Below, piece after piece: positions 36,348 through 46,753 of a DNA stretch of 64,000 nucleotides. Location of the stretch: assembly GCF_001881565.1 (NCBI RefSeq), contig NZ_MPDJ01000001.1, forward strand, positions 125,966-189,965, read 5' to 3'. The stretch's first letter is position 1. Each line of letters opens with the position of its first letter. The position numbers and the translations under genes are program-made. Below the pieces are notes generated by a model. The model did no database searches and was not told the origin of the DNA. It saw nothing but the letters and a program-made list of their open reading frames with translations. This stretch comes from Eisenbergiella tayi (GTDB taxonomy: Bacteria; Bacillota; Clostridia; Lachnospirales; Lachnospiraceae).

Positions 36348-36387
36348 AGATAAGAAGCCTCCACAAATTGTGGAGGCTTCTTATCTT
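36348..36387. terminator. Perfect 18 bp stem, 4 nt loop hairpin (agataagaagcctccaca-aatt-tgtggaggcttcttatct)
   Basis: Exact inverted repeat downstream of the small minus-strand gene. T-rich flank on the plus side. Confidence 0.6.
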
Positions 36388-36439
36388 TATGGAACTAAAC
36401 AAAAAAATGATGAAATGAATCAGACACACCGATTATGCT

Positions 36440-36658
36440 TTATATTTCATTGTAATTTCTTCTGGCGTAACGCAGCAGTTCGTCAGGAGTGGGTACTTCC
36501 GCTTTGCTGGGGACCTTCTTCTGCCACTTTCTTGTCACACCGTCATCAGGTGTATTCCCGTATGCATATTTCAGAGCCGTCTGCATCTCCTGTTTCACTT
36601 CCTGTACACTCACTCCATATTCTTTAGCCACTTTTTTGTAGATCTTCTTTTTGTTCAT
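36440..36658 (-). CDS. Small hypothetical protein (72 aa), possibly DNA-binding, divergent from the XRE regulator
   Basis: AGGAG ribosome-binding site and a TATAAT -10 upstream. Basic, with a helix-turn-helix-like KKVAKEYGVSVQEVKQEM segment. No confident family. Confidence 0.45.
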   Translation of the reverse strand: MNKKKIYKKVAKEYGVSVQEVKQEMQTALKYAYGNTPDDGVTRKWQKKVPSKAEVPTPDELLRYARRNYNEI

Positions 36659-36807
36659 TGTAATTTCTCCTATGGCATATGTATATTATATGCATCTTTC
36701 TTTAACAATTATAGACGATATCAGCGTATGTTTCAACAATATCAGACGCTATAAATATTCGAAAATAAGCTTGACGTATATTATGATTATCACATGGGAG
36801 GAGGCCG

Positions 36808-37128
36808 ATGATAATGGATGAAAAATTTATTCGTGACCGAATTACCGAGCTTCGACTCCAGAAGGATGTTCCGGAAAGAAAAATGAGTATAGAATTAGGA
36901 CACAGCACCAGTTATATCCATAGTATTGCCTCCGGCCGTGCTTTGCCTTCTATGCCGGAATTTCTTTATATTTGTGATTATCTGGGTGTAACACCAATGA
37001 AATTCTTCAACGAGTCAGAACACACCACGCCAATACAGCAAAGGGCAATCCAATATATCCGCCAGCTGGATGAAGAAGAGGCCAGGCTGATTGTAGATTT
37101 ACTGGAAAGGATTAAAAAAATGAAATAA
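36808..37128 (+). CDS. XRE family helix-turn-helix transcriptional regulator
   Basis: Cro/C1-type HTH (RITELRLQKDVPERKMSIELGHSTSYIHSIASGR). GGGAGGAGG ribosome-binding site. GCATAT-N7-ATATGC inverted repeat in the divergent promoter region. Confidence 0.75.
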   Translation: MIMDEKFIRDRITELRLQKDVPERKMSIELGHSTSYIHSIASGRALPSMPEFLYICDYLGVTPMKFFNESEHTTPIQQRAIQYIRQLDEEEARLIVDLLERIKKMK

Positions 37129-37232
37129 CATCCCGGATTTCTTCAGCTGCTCCCGATCGCCGGACCGGGAGCAGTTTTAGAAAATTCGGACCACTGTATA
37201 ATATCGGCACATATCTTTTCTGATTAAGTTTT

Positions 37233-40028
37233 TTACAGCATGTACTCCGAAGCCGTTTTTGCCGACAGCTTCTGTTTCCTGTTCCCTTTCCGCACGAAAT
37301 CGAAGGAAAACAGGATCATCAGTTCATGGGCCAGCAGCGGAAATGAGGCCAGAAATGCGAGGCGCAGCCACTCTCTTAAGGTCAGATGGGCCGTCCCGAA
37401 GGCCGCTGTAAGAAATGGTATTTCCGTTACGGCAAACTGGAGAAGGAATCCCAGGACACAGGCAGCGATCATCAGTTTATTGTCAAAATGTTTCATCTTG
37501 AATATCGATTTTCTCACGTCCCTCATCCCCACTGCATGAAACAGCTGAGACATGCCCAGAACCGTAAAGGCATAGGTCTGTGCCCGGTTGAGTATGGCTT
37601 CATGCTGAAGCACTGTTGCAAAATTATTTATGGTAAGAGGAATCTGCCTCTCAAGTATCACCGCATAGGGGATGGTAAAAAAGGCCGCAAGGCTGATACC
37701 GGCTATCAGCAGTCCGTAAAAACAGGTACAGGCAAGGCCGCCTCCGGCAAACAGGCTCTCCTTCGGATCACGGGGAGGCCGTCTCATCAGTCCGTCCGCA
37801 TCGTTGTTGTCCACTCCGAGGGCAAGTGCCGGAAGGGAATCGGTAATCAGGTTAATCCAGAGAATATGGCTGGATTTCAAAGGCGAGGCAAGGCCGCACA
37901 GTACGGCGAGGAACATGGTCATGATTTCCCCTAAATTGGAGGAAAGGAGAAAAATAACGGATTTTTTTATATTCTCATAGACTCCGCGCCCTTCCACAAT
38001 GGCTTTTTCTATCGTAGCGAAGTTATCGTCCGTCAGTATGATGTCCGAGGCCTGCTTCGCCACATCTGTTCCCGTCATTCCCATTGCAATCCCGATATCC
38101 GCCGCCTTCAGGGACGGAGCATCGTTGACGCCGTCCCCCGTCATTGCCACAATATTCCCTTTCGCCTTAAAGCCCTTAACAATGCGTACTTTATGTTCCG
38201 GAGATACTCTTGCAAACACCCGCACGGTATCCAGCTTCTGCAGGAAACGTTCCTCATCCAGATGCGCCACAGCCTCCCCGGTCAGACATTGCTCCGGGCG
38301 GCTCACTATCCCCAGCTGCTTCCCTATGGCAAAGGCAGTATCCACATGATCCCCTGTGATCATCACCGTAGATACCCCCGCATCCCGGAAACGGGCTACC
38401 GCACCGGCTGCCTCCGGCCTGGCCGGATCCTTCATCCCCACCATGCCCACAAAGGTAAGGCCTTCCTCCACCGGGCCGCTGCCGCCGACCCGCATGGCGA
38501 TCGCCAGAGTCCTCAATGCCTGGGAAGACATGCTCTCCACCGCCTGCCTGATCTGTTTTCGCTGCTGCTCCGTCAGAGGGACCGTCCTGCCGTAGATCAG
38601 AACGCTGCTGCATTTTTTCAGCACCTCATCCGGCGCCCCTTTTGTATAAGTAACTGTCTGGTTTCCTCTCTGATGAAAGGTAGACATCATTTTCCGGTTG
38701 GAATCAAAGGCCAGCTCCTTGGTACGCGGAAATTCCTTTTCCAGTTCATCCCTGCGCATTCCGAAACGGGCTGACAAATCAAGCAGAGCCAGCTCCGTGG
38801 GATCCCCAATGCGTTCTCCCCCTTCCAGGACACCGTCATTGCACAGGGTCATCCCCTTTAAAAATTCCTTATGCTCTTCCTTCCCCAGATCCTTTTTCCC
38901 AAAAATCTTCTGGTTTGTAAAACAGCTCTCCACCGTCATTTTATTCTGGGTCAGAGTGCCGGTCTTATCGGAGCATACCACGCTCACCGCCCCCAGCGTC
39001 TCTACGGAAGGAAGCTTCCTGACAATCGTATGTACCTTTACCATTTTAGTGACACTCAGGGCCAGACAGATGGTTACTACTGCGGGAAGCCCCTCGGGCA
39101 CCGCCGCCACTGCCAGGGATATGGCGGTAATCAGCATTTCAATCAGATTCCGTTTCTGGAGCAGCGCTATCATAAAGAGGGCCGCGCACAGAAGCAGAGA
39201 CAGAAGGCTCAGTATTTTTCCCAGTTCTCCCAGCCTCTTCTGCAAAGGAGTGAGCTCTTCATGGCTTTCATTAATAAGGGATGCGATTTTTCCGATCTCC
39301 GTATCCATACCTGTGGCAGTCACAATCCCTTCCCCTCTGCCATAGGTCACAATGGTGGACATGAAAGCCATATTATACCGATCCCCTAAAGGAATATGAG
39401 TATCCTTTCTGTTTCCTGCGGCCTTTTTTCCGGCGGCTTCCAGCCCTTTTTCCTCATAAGCCTCTCTGCGTAAGCCGCCTCCTGCCCCTTTTGCGATAAA
39501 GGAAGCATCCTTTTCAATAGGAACCGATTCCCCAGTCAGCGCCGACTCTTCCACCTTCAGGCTGCTTGTTCTGGTAAGACGCAGGTCTGCGGGAACCTGG
39601 CAGCCTGCATCCAGACATACAATATCACCAACCACAAGCTGCGAAGCCGGAATCTCCTTTTCCTTACCCTCCCGGATCACATAAGCATGAGGGCTTGTCA
39701 GCTTCTTCAGGGAATCCAGGGCCTTCTGGGCTTTTCCCTCCTGAATCATACCGACAACAGCGTTCATAAGCACCACCACCGCAATGATCACAGCATCGCT
39801 GATTTCATGAAGCAGAAGGGAAATAACAGCTGCCGCAAGAAGCACATATATCAGCGGATCATTCAGCTGCTCCAGAAAGGATTCCACCACCGTCTTTTTC
39901 CGCGGTTCCTTCAGTTCATTCTTCCCGTTCTCCTCATAACGCCTCGCGGCTTCCTTTTCTGTCAGTCCTTTGTCTATATCACTGTCCAGTTGTACACATG
40001 TTTCTCTGATGCTCTTTGTCTCAAACAC
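37233..40028 (-). CDS. P-type ATPase, P2-type Ca2+/Mg2+-transporting (paralog of 32556..35174)
   Basis: DKTGTLTQNKMTV. TGES. MTGDGVNDAPSLKAADIGIAMG. 931 aa, 10 TM helices. Confidence 0.9.
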   Translation of the reverse strand: MFETKSIRETCVQLDSDIDKGLTEKEAARRYEENGKNELKEPRKKTVVESFLEQLNDPLIYVLLAAAVISLLLHEISDAVIIAVVVLMNAVVGMIQEGKAQKALDSLKKLTSPHAYVIREGKEKEIPASQLVVGDIVCLDAGCQVPADLRLTRTSSLKVEESALTGESVPIEKDASFIAKGAGGGLRREAYEEKGLEAAGKKAAGNRKDTHIPLGDRYNMAFMSTIVTYGRGEGIVTATGMDTEIGKIASLINESHEELTPLQKRLGELGKILSLLSLLLCAALFMIALLQKRNLIEMLITAISLAVAAVPEGLPAVVTICLALSVTKMVKVHTIVRKLPSVETLGAVSVVCSDKTGTLTQNKMTVESCFTNQKIFGKKDLGKEEHKEFLKGMTLCNDGVLEGGERIGDPTELALLDLSARFGMRRDELEKEFPRTKELAFDSNRKMMSTFHQRGNQTVTYTKGAPDEVLKKCSSVLIYGRTVPLTEQQRKQIRQAVESMSSQALRTLAIAMRVGGSGPVEEGLTFVGMVGMKDPARPEAAGAVARFRDAGVSTVMITGDHVDTAFAIGKQLGIVSRPEQCLTGEAVAHLDEERFLQKLDTVRVFARVSPEHKVRIVKGFKAKGNIVAMTGDGVNDAPSLKAADIGIAMGMTGTDVAKQASDIILTDDNFATIEKAIVEGRGVYENIKKSVIFLLSSNLGEIMTMFLAVLCGLASPLKSSHILWINLITDSLPALALGVDNNDADGLMRRPPRDPKESLFAGGGLACTCFYGLLIAGISLAAFFTIPYAVILERQIPLTINNFATVLQHEAILNRAQTYAFTVLGMSQLFHAVGMRDVRKSIFKMKHFDNKLMIAACVLGFLLQFAVTEIPFLTAAFGTAHLTLREWLRLAFLASFPLLAHELMILFSFDFVRKGNRKQKLSAKTASEYML

Positions 40029-40193
40029 ATTCCCACTCCTTTATCTTGTCCTGGAAAGTGACTGTCAAAATCCTTTGCAGCCACTGTCTTATATACATTA
40101 TGAAAAGAAGGACAGGAATATGTCCGAGCCTTTCATTTTTATGACGGGCTTTCCAAAGCTTTCCTTAAGAAGCTTAAGAATTTCTTATATATA

Positions 40194-40222
40194 TTGACAG
40201 CATATATTATACAATCTATAAT
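40194..40222 (+). promoter_or_regulatory. Near-consensus sigma-70 promoter for the PadR operon (TTGACA-17-TATAAT)
   Basis: ttgaca (40194..40199), 17 nt spacer, tataat (40217..40222). About 50 nt upstream of a GGAGGG ribosome-binding site and the padR ATG. Confidence 0.6.
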
Positions 40223-40275
40223 ATACTTAAATCATAGATATAACTACAGAAAATATATACTAAAGGAGGGATTAT

Positions 40276-40593
40276 ATGATATATCCACTCAGCACGCCGC
40301 TGTTGGAGTTCCTAATTTTATCCGTCGTCTCCAGAGACGACAGCTACGGCTACGAAATCAGCCAACAGTTAAAAACCGTTTCCAATACCAAAGACTCCAC
40401 TCTTTATCCCATCTTAAAAAGACTCCAGGAAAATGGTCTGGTGGATACCTACGATCAGCAATTCCAGGGACGCAACCGGAGATATTACAAAATAACGCCG
40501 GACGGGCGGGGAACCTGTGAATATCTGGATAATGAATGGAAAAAGTATGTGGATGCTATAAACGAAATTGCCTATGGAGGTGAGGAAAAGTGA
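40276..40593 (+). CDS. PadR family transcriptional regulator
   Basis: Winged-helix PadR signature (LEFLILSVVSRDDSYGYEISQQLKTVSNTKDSTLYPILKRLQENGLV). Confidence 0.85.
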   Translation: MIYPLSTPLLEFLILSVVSRDDSYGYEISQQLKTVSNTKDSTLYPILKRLQENGLVDTYDQQFQGRNRRYYKITPDGRGTCEYLDNEWKKYVDAINEIAYGGEEK

Positions 40594-41180
40594 ACAGGAC
40601 CGAATATATGAACGCGCTGGAAAAGCGGCTTCGGATTTTGCCAAAAGAAAATTTTAATGAGGCTATGGACTATTTTACAGAATACTTTGAAGATGCAGGG
40701 CCGGAAAGGGAACAGCAGGCCATTCAGGATCTGGGAAGCCCTGATACCGCGGCCGAACAGATAATTACCAATATGGCCATTCATAAGGCCTCTGTCCCGC
40801 AAAAGGGCCTGCGCAGGAATATGAACGCCCTCTGGATCGGCATACTTGCCGTCTGCGCCGTTCCCATCGCGCTTCCCTTTGCACTGATGCTTCTATGTGT
40901 ACTCATCATGTTCCTGCTCTGCATACTGATGGTACTCGCCGCTCTTGCGATGGCCGCCTTTGCTTTCCTGATATGCGGGCCGGTTGCCGTTGCCGCCAGC
41001 TTCACCGTACTCTTTTCTGCTCCCGCCACCGCGATCAGCTGCCTTGGCGCAGGACTGTTCTGTACCGGACTGGGGCTTCTCGCCGTATATGGCGTATTCC
41101 AGCTCTGCCGCTATGTCTTAATCAACCTGGTACGCCTTTTCGGGAATATTTTAAAAAAGAAAGGAGAACGTCATGCGTAA
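40590..41180 (+). CDS. DUF1700 family membrane protein (PadR-associated)
   Basis: N-terminal MNALEKRLRILPKENFNEAMDYFTEYFEDAG, typical of DUF1700. C-terminal TM helices. GTG start overlapping the padR stop. Confidence 0.6.
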   Translation: MNRTEYMNALEKRLRILPKENFNEAMDYFTEYFEDAGPEREQQAIQDLGSPDTAAEQIITNMAIHKASVPQKGLRRNMNALWIGILAVCAVPIALPFALMLLCVLIMFLLCILMVLAALAMAAFAFLICGPVAVAASFTVLFSAPATAISCLGAGLFCTGLGLLAVYGVFQLCRYVLINLVRLFGNILKKKGERHA

Positions 41181-42255
41181 ACGTAATAAATTTTTCATTT
41201 CCTGCGCTGTGCTTTGTGCCGCCGGTCTGCTTCTGTCGGTTCTCGGATGGGTGTTTGGAGGCCGTTTCAACGGTATAGGCTACCAGCCGGGAAAAGGGCT
41301 GACCGTCTTTTCTGCCAACAGCTATGGAAATTCCGAGAACGGCCCCTCAGTCCTTTCCGATACCATCAATGATTTGGAGGCCTTTACCAGCCTGGATATT
41401 AAAATCGATTATGCGGATATCAGCATTCAGCCATCCGACCACTATGGAGTGGAGTACCAGCTTGTCGCCTGGAATCCCCCTGTTATCCAGGTTAAGGACG
41501 GACAGCTTATGGTAAGGGACGGCAAGAGAAATAACAGCAGCCCGGTAATGTTCCTTTCCGGTTTCAATATGACTTTTTCCGGAAGCTGGCCTTCCGCCAA
41601 AGAATATGTGACTGTTTATGTTCCTGCGGATACTTACTTTACGTCCCTGTATGTATCCACCTCTTCCGGAGCCACCAAAATATCCGGACTTCAAGCAAAG
41701 GAGCTTACCATGGTAAATGATTATGGGGATGTCTCTCTCAGCGATATTTCCTGCACCAATATGGATATGAAACTGAGTTCCGGCAAATTCAAGGCGGAAA
41801 ACCTGAACGGGGAAAGCCTGAAGGTATCCAATGATTATGGGGACTGCAGTCTGGATAATTCAACAATTACCGCTGTTACCGCTCTTTCCTTAAGCAGCGG
41901 CAAACTGAAAATCAGCAATTCCTCACTGGGCCGGTTCAGCGCCGACAGCGATTACGGTGATGTGGATTTGAATGAGATTTCCGCATCCGATGCCAGCCTT
42001 AAGCTCAGCAGCGGGAATATGACCGCAGACGCTTTCCTCTTCAGCAATCTTACCGTCAAATCCGACTATGGTTATGTGGATATCGCCCCTGCATCGTCAG
42101 AAAGCTACGGATATGATTTAAAGACCGACTACGGTGAAATCAAAGTGGCCGACCACAAACTGGGTGAGGTTTACTATACCTTTGAGAAAGAATATGAAAA
42201 TTGGATCCGCGTGGAATGCAGTTCCGGTGATATAATTATACGAAATAAAAAGTAA
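41173..42255 (+). CDS. DUF4097 family beta-strand repeat protein (putative adhesin/LiaF-like), third gene of the PadR module
   Basis: N-terminal TM anchor. Repeated DYGDVSL / DYGDCSL / DYGDVDL / DYGYVDI beta-repeat units characteristic of DUF4097. Confidence 0.6.
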   Translation: MRKRNKFFISCAVLCAAGLLLSVLGWVFGGRFNGIGYQPGKGLTVFSANSYGNSENGPSVLSDTINDLEAFTSLDIKIDYADISIQPSDHYGVEYQLVAWNPPVIQVKDGQLMVRDGKRNNSSPVMFLSGFNMTFSGSWPSAKEYVTVYVPADTYFTSLYVSTSSGATKISGLQAKELTMVNDYGDVSLSDISCTNMDMKLSSGKFKAENLNGESLKVSNDYGDCSLDNSTITAVTALSLSSGKLKISNSSLGRFSADSDYGDVDLNEISASDASLKLSSGNMTADAFLFSNLTVKSDYGYVDIAPASSESYGYDLKTDYGEIKVADHKLGEVYYTFEKEYENWIRVECSSGDIIIRNKK

Positions 42256-42344
42256 AATAACGGACCGGGGCAGCTGTGATTACAATCACGTAAGCTGCCC
42301 CGGTCTGTTGTATTTTTCAGTATAGAATACTTCCGATTCTCACA

Positions 42345-44771
42345 TCAGCGGATATCATAGACACTTCTTACTCTTAACCCATCCGGCTTGCCGGAAAGAA
42401 TACGCACTGTTTTTTCCCCGCCGTCCATATCAAAATAATTATCGGATAAAATCAGATCCTCATTCTCATTCCTGATTTCTACACCCTTGGCGTAACATTC
42501 CGCCTGCACCGTTATTGTATCCCCATCGCTGCTCACAGTCAGCCCGGGATCCATGAATTCAAAATACTTCGGCATGGTAAATAATACGCTTCCCTGTGAA
42601 ACTGCGGCACCGTTTTCTTTCAGAGAATAGCTTACATATTCCCTGGACGCATCCAGATCGGGAAGCTCCCATTTCCGTGTCCATTCGGAGGAAAAAGGAG
42701 GGATGGTAAGCATTATATTCTCTCCGTCCAGTTCCCCGCCGCCGACATTTCTCACTGTCCAGGAAACTTCCATATGCTTTTCTTCAAAGGTTTCATTGGA
42801 AATATTGAATCTTACAGACTTTCTGAAATCCGGCTTCTCCGCGTTAATATTCCGCTCCTGTGTCATCCGGCTTTCTTCCTCACAGGAAAGCAGTACCGGG
42901 GCAAAGAATCTTTTTGCATAATAATGAAGCGCTTTCCATCTGCCGTAATAATCAATGGAAGACCAGGAAGCCCCCGGCCAGATATCGTTCAGCTGCCAGT
43001 AAACGGCTCCCATACAGCGTCCTCTGTGTCTGCGCAGATGCTCCACTCCATTTTTTATCGCTTCGGCCTGAAGCATCTGAGAAGCATACAGCAGGGTCGC
43101 AAAGTCAGAAGGATAAAGGTATTCCTGTTCCATATAAGTCATTATCTTACCATTCGCAGAATTATTACGCTGATGCTTTTCCATAACATAAGAAAAAATA
43201 TTTCTGTCCCGGGGAAGGGTAAAGCTTTCCACGGTTTTCATCGTGGGAAACGACTGGAAGCCGAATTCGGAGAGATAGCGGAAATAAAATTTCCGAAACT
43301 CCGTTATGGGCTTTCCTCCATGCCAAACATCCCAATAATGCACATCTCCCCGGTCATAACAGTTCGGATCATCAAAGCCTCCTCCGGATGAAGGGCTTGC
43401 CGGCCAGTAAAAGGTATCCGGATCGTATTCCTTCAGCATTTTGGGAATAATATATTCATACATCTTAAAATAATCACTCATCTGTTTTGGCGTATTTCCC
43501 CATCCGCCGCCGGCCACGAACATTTCCATTTCATTATTGCCGCACCAGAGCGCAAGGCATGCATGATGGCGCATCCTCCGGATATTGTCGGCAAATTCCG
43601 CCCTTATATTTTCCTCAAAGGCATCGGTAAGCTCGTAAACTGCGCAGGCGAACATAAAATCCTGCCAGACCATAAGCCCCAGTTCATCGCAGAGATCCAG
43701 AAAATAATCTTCCGGATAATAGCCGCCGCCCCATACGCGGATGGTATTAAAGTTAGCCATAACACAGCTTTCCAGCAGCTTCCTGGTGCGTTCCTTCCGG
43801 ATCCGCCCGAAAATATTATCCTGAGGGATATAATCGGCGCCCATGGCAAAGACCTGCTGCCCGTTGACTTCCGTGGCAAAGCTTTCTCCATAGGCATCCT
43901 TTTCCCGCCGTATGGTTATGGTGCGCAGACCGATTCTTTTTTTCCAGGTATCAAGAAGCCTGTCCCCCGCAAACAGCCGTATTTCCACTTCATAGAGATT
44001 CGGACTGCCCAGGCCGTTAGGCCACCACAGCATAGGGTTGTCTATCCTGATCTCACGGGGTGAGCCTGTTTCCCTGAGTTTTGCACCGTCCGGAGCCGTA
44101 ACCGATACCTCATAGAATAAAGGAAGGTCTTCCCTGCCGCCTTTTCCCATCTCTGCCTGAATGGCCAGTGTCACATATCCCTCTTCATGCCTCTGCCTGA
44201 TATGAACATCTTCTATCCAGGCAGCATCCCTGTAACACACAGTCACATCCCTGAGAATCCCCCCATCAGGAATCCTGGGCCCCCAGTCCCAGCCAAACAT
44301 AGAATGAGCCTTTCTTATATGGGCAAAGCCGTCCATGGCATCGATACAGCCTTCTGCCCGTACCTTTTCCTGGCAATCCCGGATATAGGAAAGTGCCGGG
44401 CGGAAGAAAATCTCCAGCAGATTTTCTTCCGCCAGAATATCTGTCACCTCATACTCATAAATACGGTGCATGTTTTCCGTATTTCCCAGTTTTCTTCCAT
44501 TAAGATGTATCTCTGTAAGAGTATCCAGGCTTTCAAACCGCAGAATTGCTTCGGAATATTCCTTTTCCTCTTTCCGGAAAACACACCGGTATACAAAATG
44601 ATTCTCCATAATGGCCAGGGCCTTCTTTTCATTATCCCTCCAGTAAGGGTCGTCCAGCCTTCCGCCATCTGTCAGATCCTGGTAAATGGAACCGGGAATC
44701 CTGGCCGGAAGCCAGATATCCTCACCGGCTATTCTCATCTGCCAGTTATTATTCAATTTCTGAATTTTCAT
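42345..44771 (-). CDS. GH2 beta-mannosidase
   Basis: N-terminus [44 protein letters not shown] matches the beta-mannosidase sugar-binding signature. GH2 TIM-barrel. ~808 aa. Confidence 0.7.
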   Translation of the reverse strand: MKIQKLNNNWQMRIAGEDIWLPARIPGSIYQDLTDGGRLDDPYWRDNEKKALAIMENHFVYRCVFRKEEKEYSEAILRFESLDTLTEIHLNGRKLGNTENMHRIYEYEVTDILAEENLLEIFFRPALSYIRDCQEKVRAEGCIDAMDGFAHIRKAHSMFGWDWGPRIPDGGILRDVTVCYRDAAWIEDVHIRQRHEEGYVTLAIQAEMGKGGREDLPLFYEVSVTAPDGAKLRETGSPREIRIDNPMLWWPNGLGSPNLYEVEIRLFAGDRLLDTWKKRIGLRTITIRREKDAYGESFATEVNGQQVFAMGADYIPQDNIFGRIRKERTRKLLESCVMANFNTIRVWGGGYYPEDYFLDLCDELGLMVWQDFMFACAVYELTDAFEENIRAEFADNIRRMRHHACLALWCGNNEMEMFVAGGGWGNTPKQMSDYFKMYEYIIPKMLKEYDPDTFYWPASPSSGGGFDDPNCYDRGDVHYWDVWHGGKPITEFRKFYFRYLSEFGFQSFPTMKTVESFTLPRDRNIFSYVMEKHQRNNSANGKIMTYMEQEYLYPSDFATLLYASQMLQAEAIKNGVEHLRRHRGRCMGAVYWQLNDIWPGASWSSIDYYGRWKALHYYAKRFFAPVLLSCEEESRMTQERNINAEKPDFRKSVRFNISNETFEEKHMEVSWTVRNVGGGELDGENIMLTIPPFSSEWTRKWELPDLDASREYVSYSLKENGAAVSQGSVLFTMPKYFEFMDPGLTVSSDGDTITVQAECYAKGVEIRNENEDLILSDNYFDMDGGEKTVRILSGKPDGLRVRSVYDIR

Positions 44772-44809
44772 TTACAAACCCAAACCTTTCTGATTCCGTT
44801 CCAAACGCC

Positions 44810-46753
44810 TTACACTTCTTTGCCGATAATGTCTGTCAGGGCCTCGAGGATATTGGCAGCCGACCACATATTATAGGTAAACCAGGAACTATAGGGCGTA
44901 CCGTCACTGTACCTTTCGGTTACCAGGCCGTCACTGGGGCACCAGCGTTCGGAAACCACTCCATACCTTCCGTATCCGGTTTTCTCAGGATAGCACTCCA
45001 GGTTCTGCATCAGCCAGACCGTACTGTCATCCGCCCTGGAACGATGATATTCATCTCCGGTCTGATCTGCCAGATATCGTAAATCATCATCTGCGATCAC
45101 CCCCATCGGATGAATATGGGGATTGGATATACTGGTGACTGAACCCCCGCAGGCATTCCAGCCGCTATTTACAGGGGCGTATTCCGGTCTCGTCCGGAAA
45201 CCGTATCTCCACAAATATTCGTAACAGGCGCCGCTCTCCAAATCCTCCAGATATTCCTTCTCTCCGGTTATTTCATGAAGAAGCCTTGTACCGCGGATAA
45301 ACGCCAGATTTCCTTCTTCGTCCACCGCCTTCCAGGTATCCATGGGTGTTCCGTAGCAATTCAATTCCTTTACATATTTCCGGTAAAAGGTTTCAGCTTT
45401 CCGGGCGCTTGCCAGATAGGCTTCTTTTCCGGTCAGCGAATAGGCATAAGCCATACAGGGAAGGAACCAGCAGCCGGCAAAACCGTCCCAGTCCAGCACT
45501 TTTTTCTCCTTCGTACTGTATGTATAACCATAATTTCCATCTTCCCCCTGAAGCATACACATGGTATCCAGCACCTTAAGACAGGTATCCAGCCAGTTTA
45601 CAGGATAGGCCTTCCCTCTCTTTTTCAGGAAGCAGACGGTTTTCAGGATTTCATGAACCGCCTTTCCATTGTTATAGGCACAATGGCAGTCGGAGGCTAT
45701 ATGATACCAAATCCACCACCCGTTCACCAGGGAACCGGAGGAATCAATGGGAGCCACAAGATCGTTCAGCAGGCCGGAAACCGGATTATATGCCCCCACT
45801 ATCTGATCGATTAATTCTTCCCCTGTTTTTGCCTTTCCAAAAGACTCCCGGGAAATCGGAAGCAGTTCCTCCGCCGCCACAAGAGGGCAGGCAAGCTCCC
45901 CGATTCCCGTCCAGCCTATTTCATATACCGGCCTCCATGCTTTCAGTTCGGTGTTTTCCGTCGGTTTACAGGACATATCCGTATAAGCCTGCCACTCCTC
46001 GTTCCAGTTCAGACGGATAAACGCATCCACCATCGCGGCTGCCGCTTCCTGCAGGCTGTTTTTATAAACAGCCCTTTCATGTCTCTTCCCGTATTCTTCC
46101 CGGATCATCTGATGGACTGCCTCTTTCCCTCCGTGAGGATACAGATAAACGGAACCTCCGGCAGATGCCTGCAAGGCATATTCCGAAGTGGGCTCTCCTG
46201 CATTTCCCTTGTCCACAAAGGTGGAAGGGAAATTTTCATAACCAATGGAAACTCCCACCAGCGCAGGGAGGCCTGCCTCTATACCGTTGTGTATGTATCC
46301 GCCCTGCACATCGGAATAGGGATCTATGGAAATACCCACGGAGAGCTCTCCCATGACCATTGCCGTCAGCGGCATGGCCGCTCTGTCCGCCCGGAACGCC
46401 CAGAACGGGGAACAAAACCGGGTTCCCGGGTATTTGTCTGTCAGACTGGGGAACTCTCCCGGCTTAACCCGGTCAATATTATTGTCACCGTAAATATTGC
46501 AGGGAATCACATGGAAAGCTTCCTCTCCTTCTCCCTGCAGCCGGAAACGCAGCCTGGTGTTACAGGATGCCTTTTGTTCCAGCCTGTAATCGCAGCCATA
46601 TTCCGTTTCCGTCAGCCTGAGGGAATAGGCCGCGCCTTCCTTTTCATAGAAAAAACCATTGTCATTTATGGATTCCTCCGGTATATCATACCATTTCCCT
46701 TCCTGGCAATAGCTGCCCTTAAGGGACAGTCCCGTTGCTTTTAATTTATTCAT
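44810..46753 (-). CDS. Hypothetical protein, putative glycosidase-like (family unassigned)
   Basis: ~647 aa, Cys/Trp-rich, no confident family signature. Sits between the beta-mannosidase and its regulator. Start ATG overlaps the regulator's stop as ATGA, after a GGGAGA ribosome-binding site. Confidence 0.4.
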   Translation of the reverse strand: MNKLKATGLSLKGSYCQEGKWYDIPEESINDNGFFYEKEGAAYSLRLTETEYGCDYRLEQKASCNTRLRFRLQGEGEEAFHVIPCNIYGDNNIDRVKPGEFPSLTDKYPGTRFCSPFWAFRADRAAMPLTAMVMGELSVGISIDPYSDVQGGYIHNGIEAGLPALVGVSIGYENFPSTFVDKGNAGEPTSEYALQASAGGSVYLYPHGGKEAVHQMIREEYGKRHERAVYKNSLQEAAAAMVDAFIRLNWNEEWQAYTDMSCKPTENTELKAWRPVYEIGWTGIGELACPLVAAEELLPISRESFGKAKTGEELIDQIVGAYNPVSGLLNDLVAPIDSSGSLVNGWWIWYHIASDCHCAYNNGKAVHEILKTVCFLKKRGKAYPVNWLDTCLKVLDTMCMLQGEDGNYGYTYSTKEKKVLDWDGFAGCWFLPCMAYAYSLTGKEAYLASARKAETFYRKYVKELNCYGTPMDTWKAVDEEGNLAFIRGTRLLHEITGEKEYLEDLESGACYEYLWRYGFRTRPEYAPVNSGWNACGGSVTSISNPHIHPMGVIADDDLRYLADQTGDEYHRSRADDSTVWLMQNLECYPEKTGYGRYGVVSERWCPSDGLVTERYSDGTPYSSWFTYNMWSAANILEALTDIIGKEV

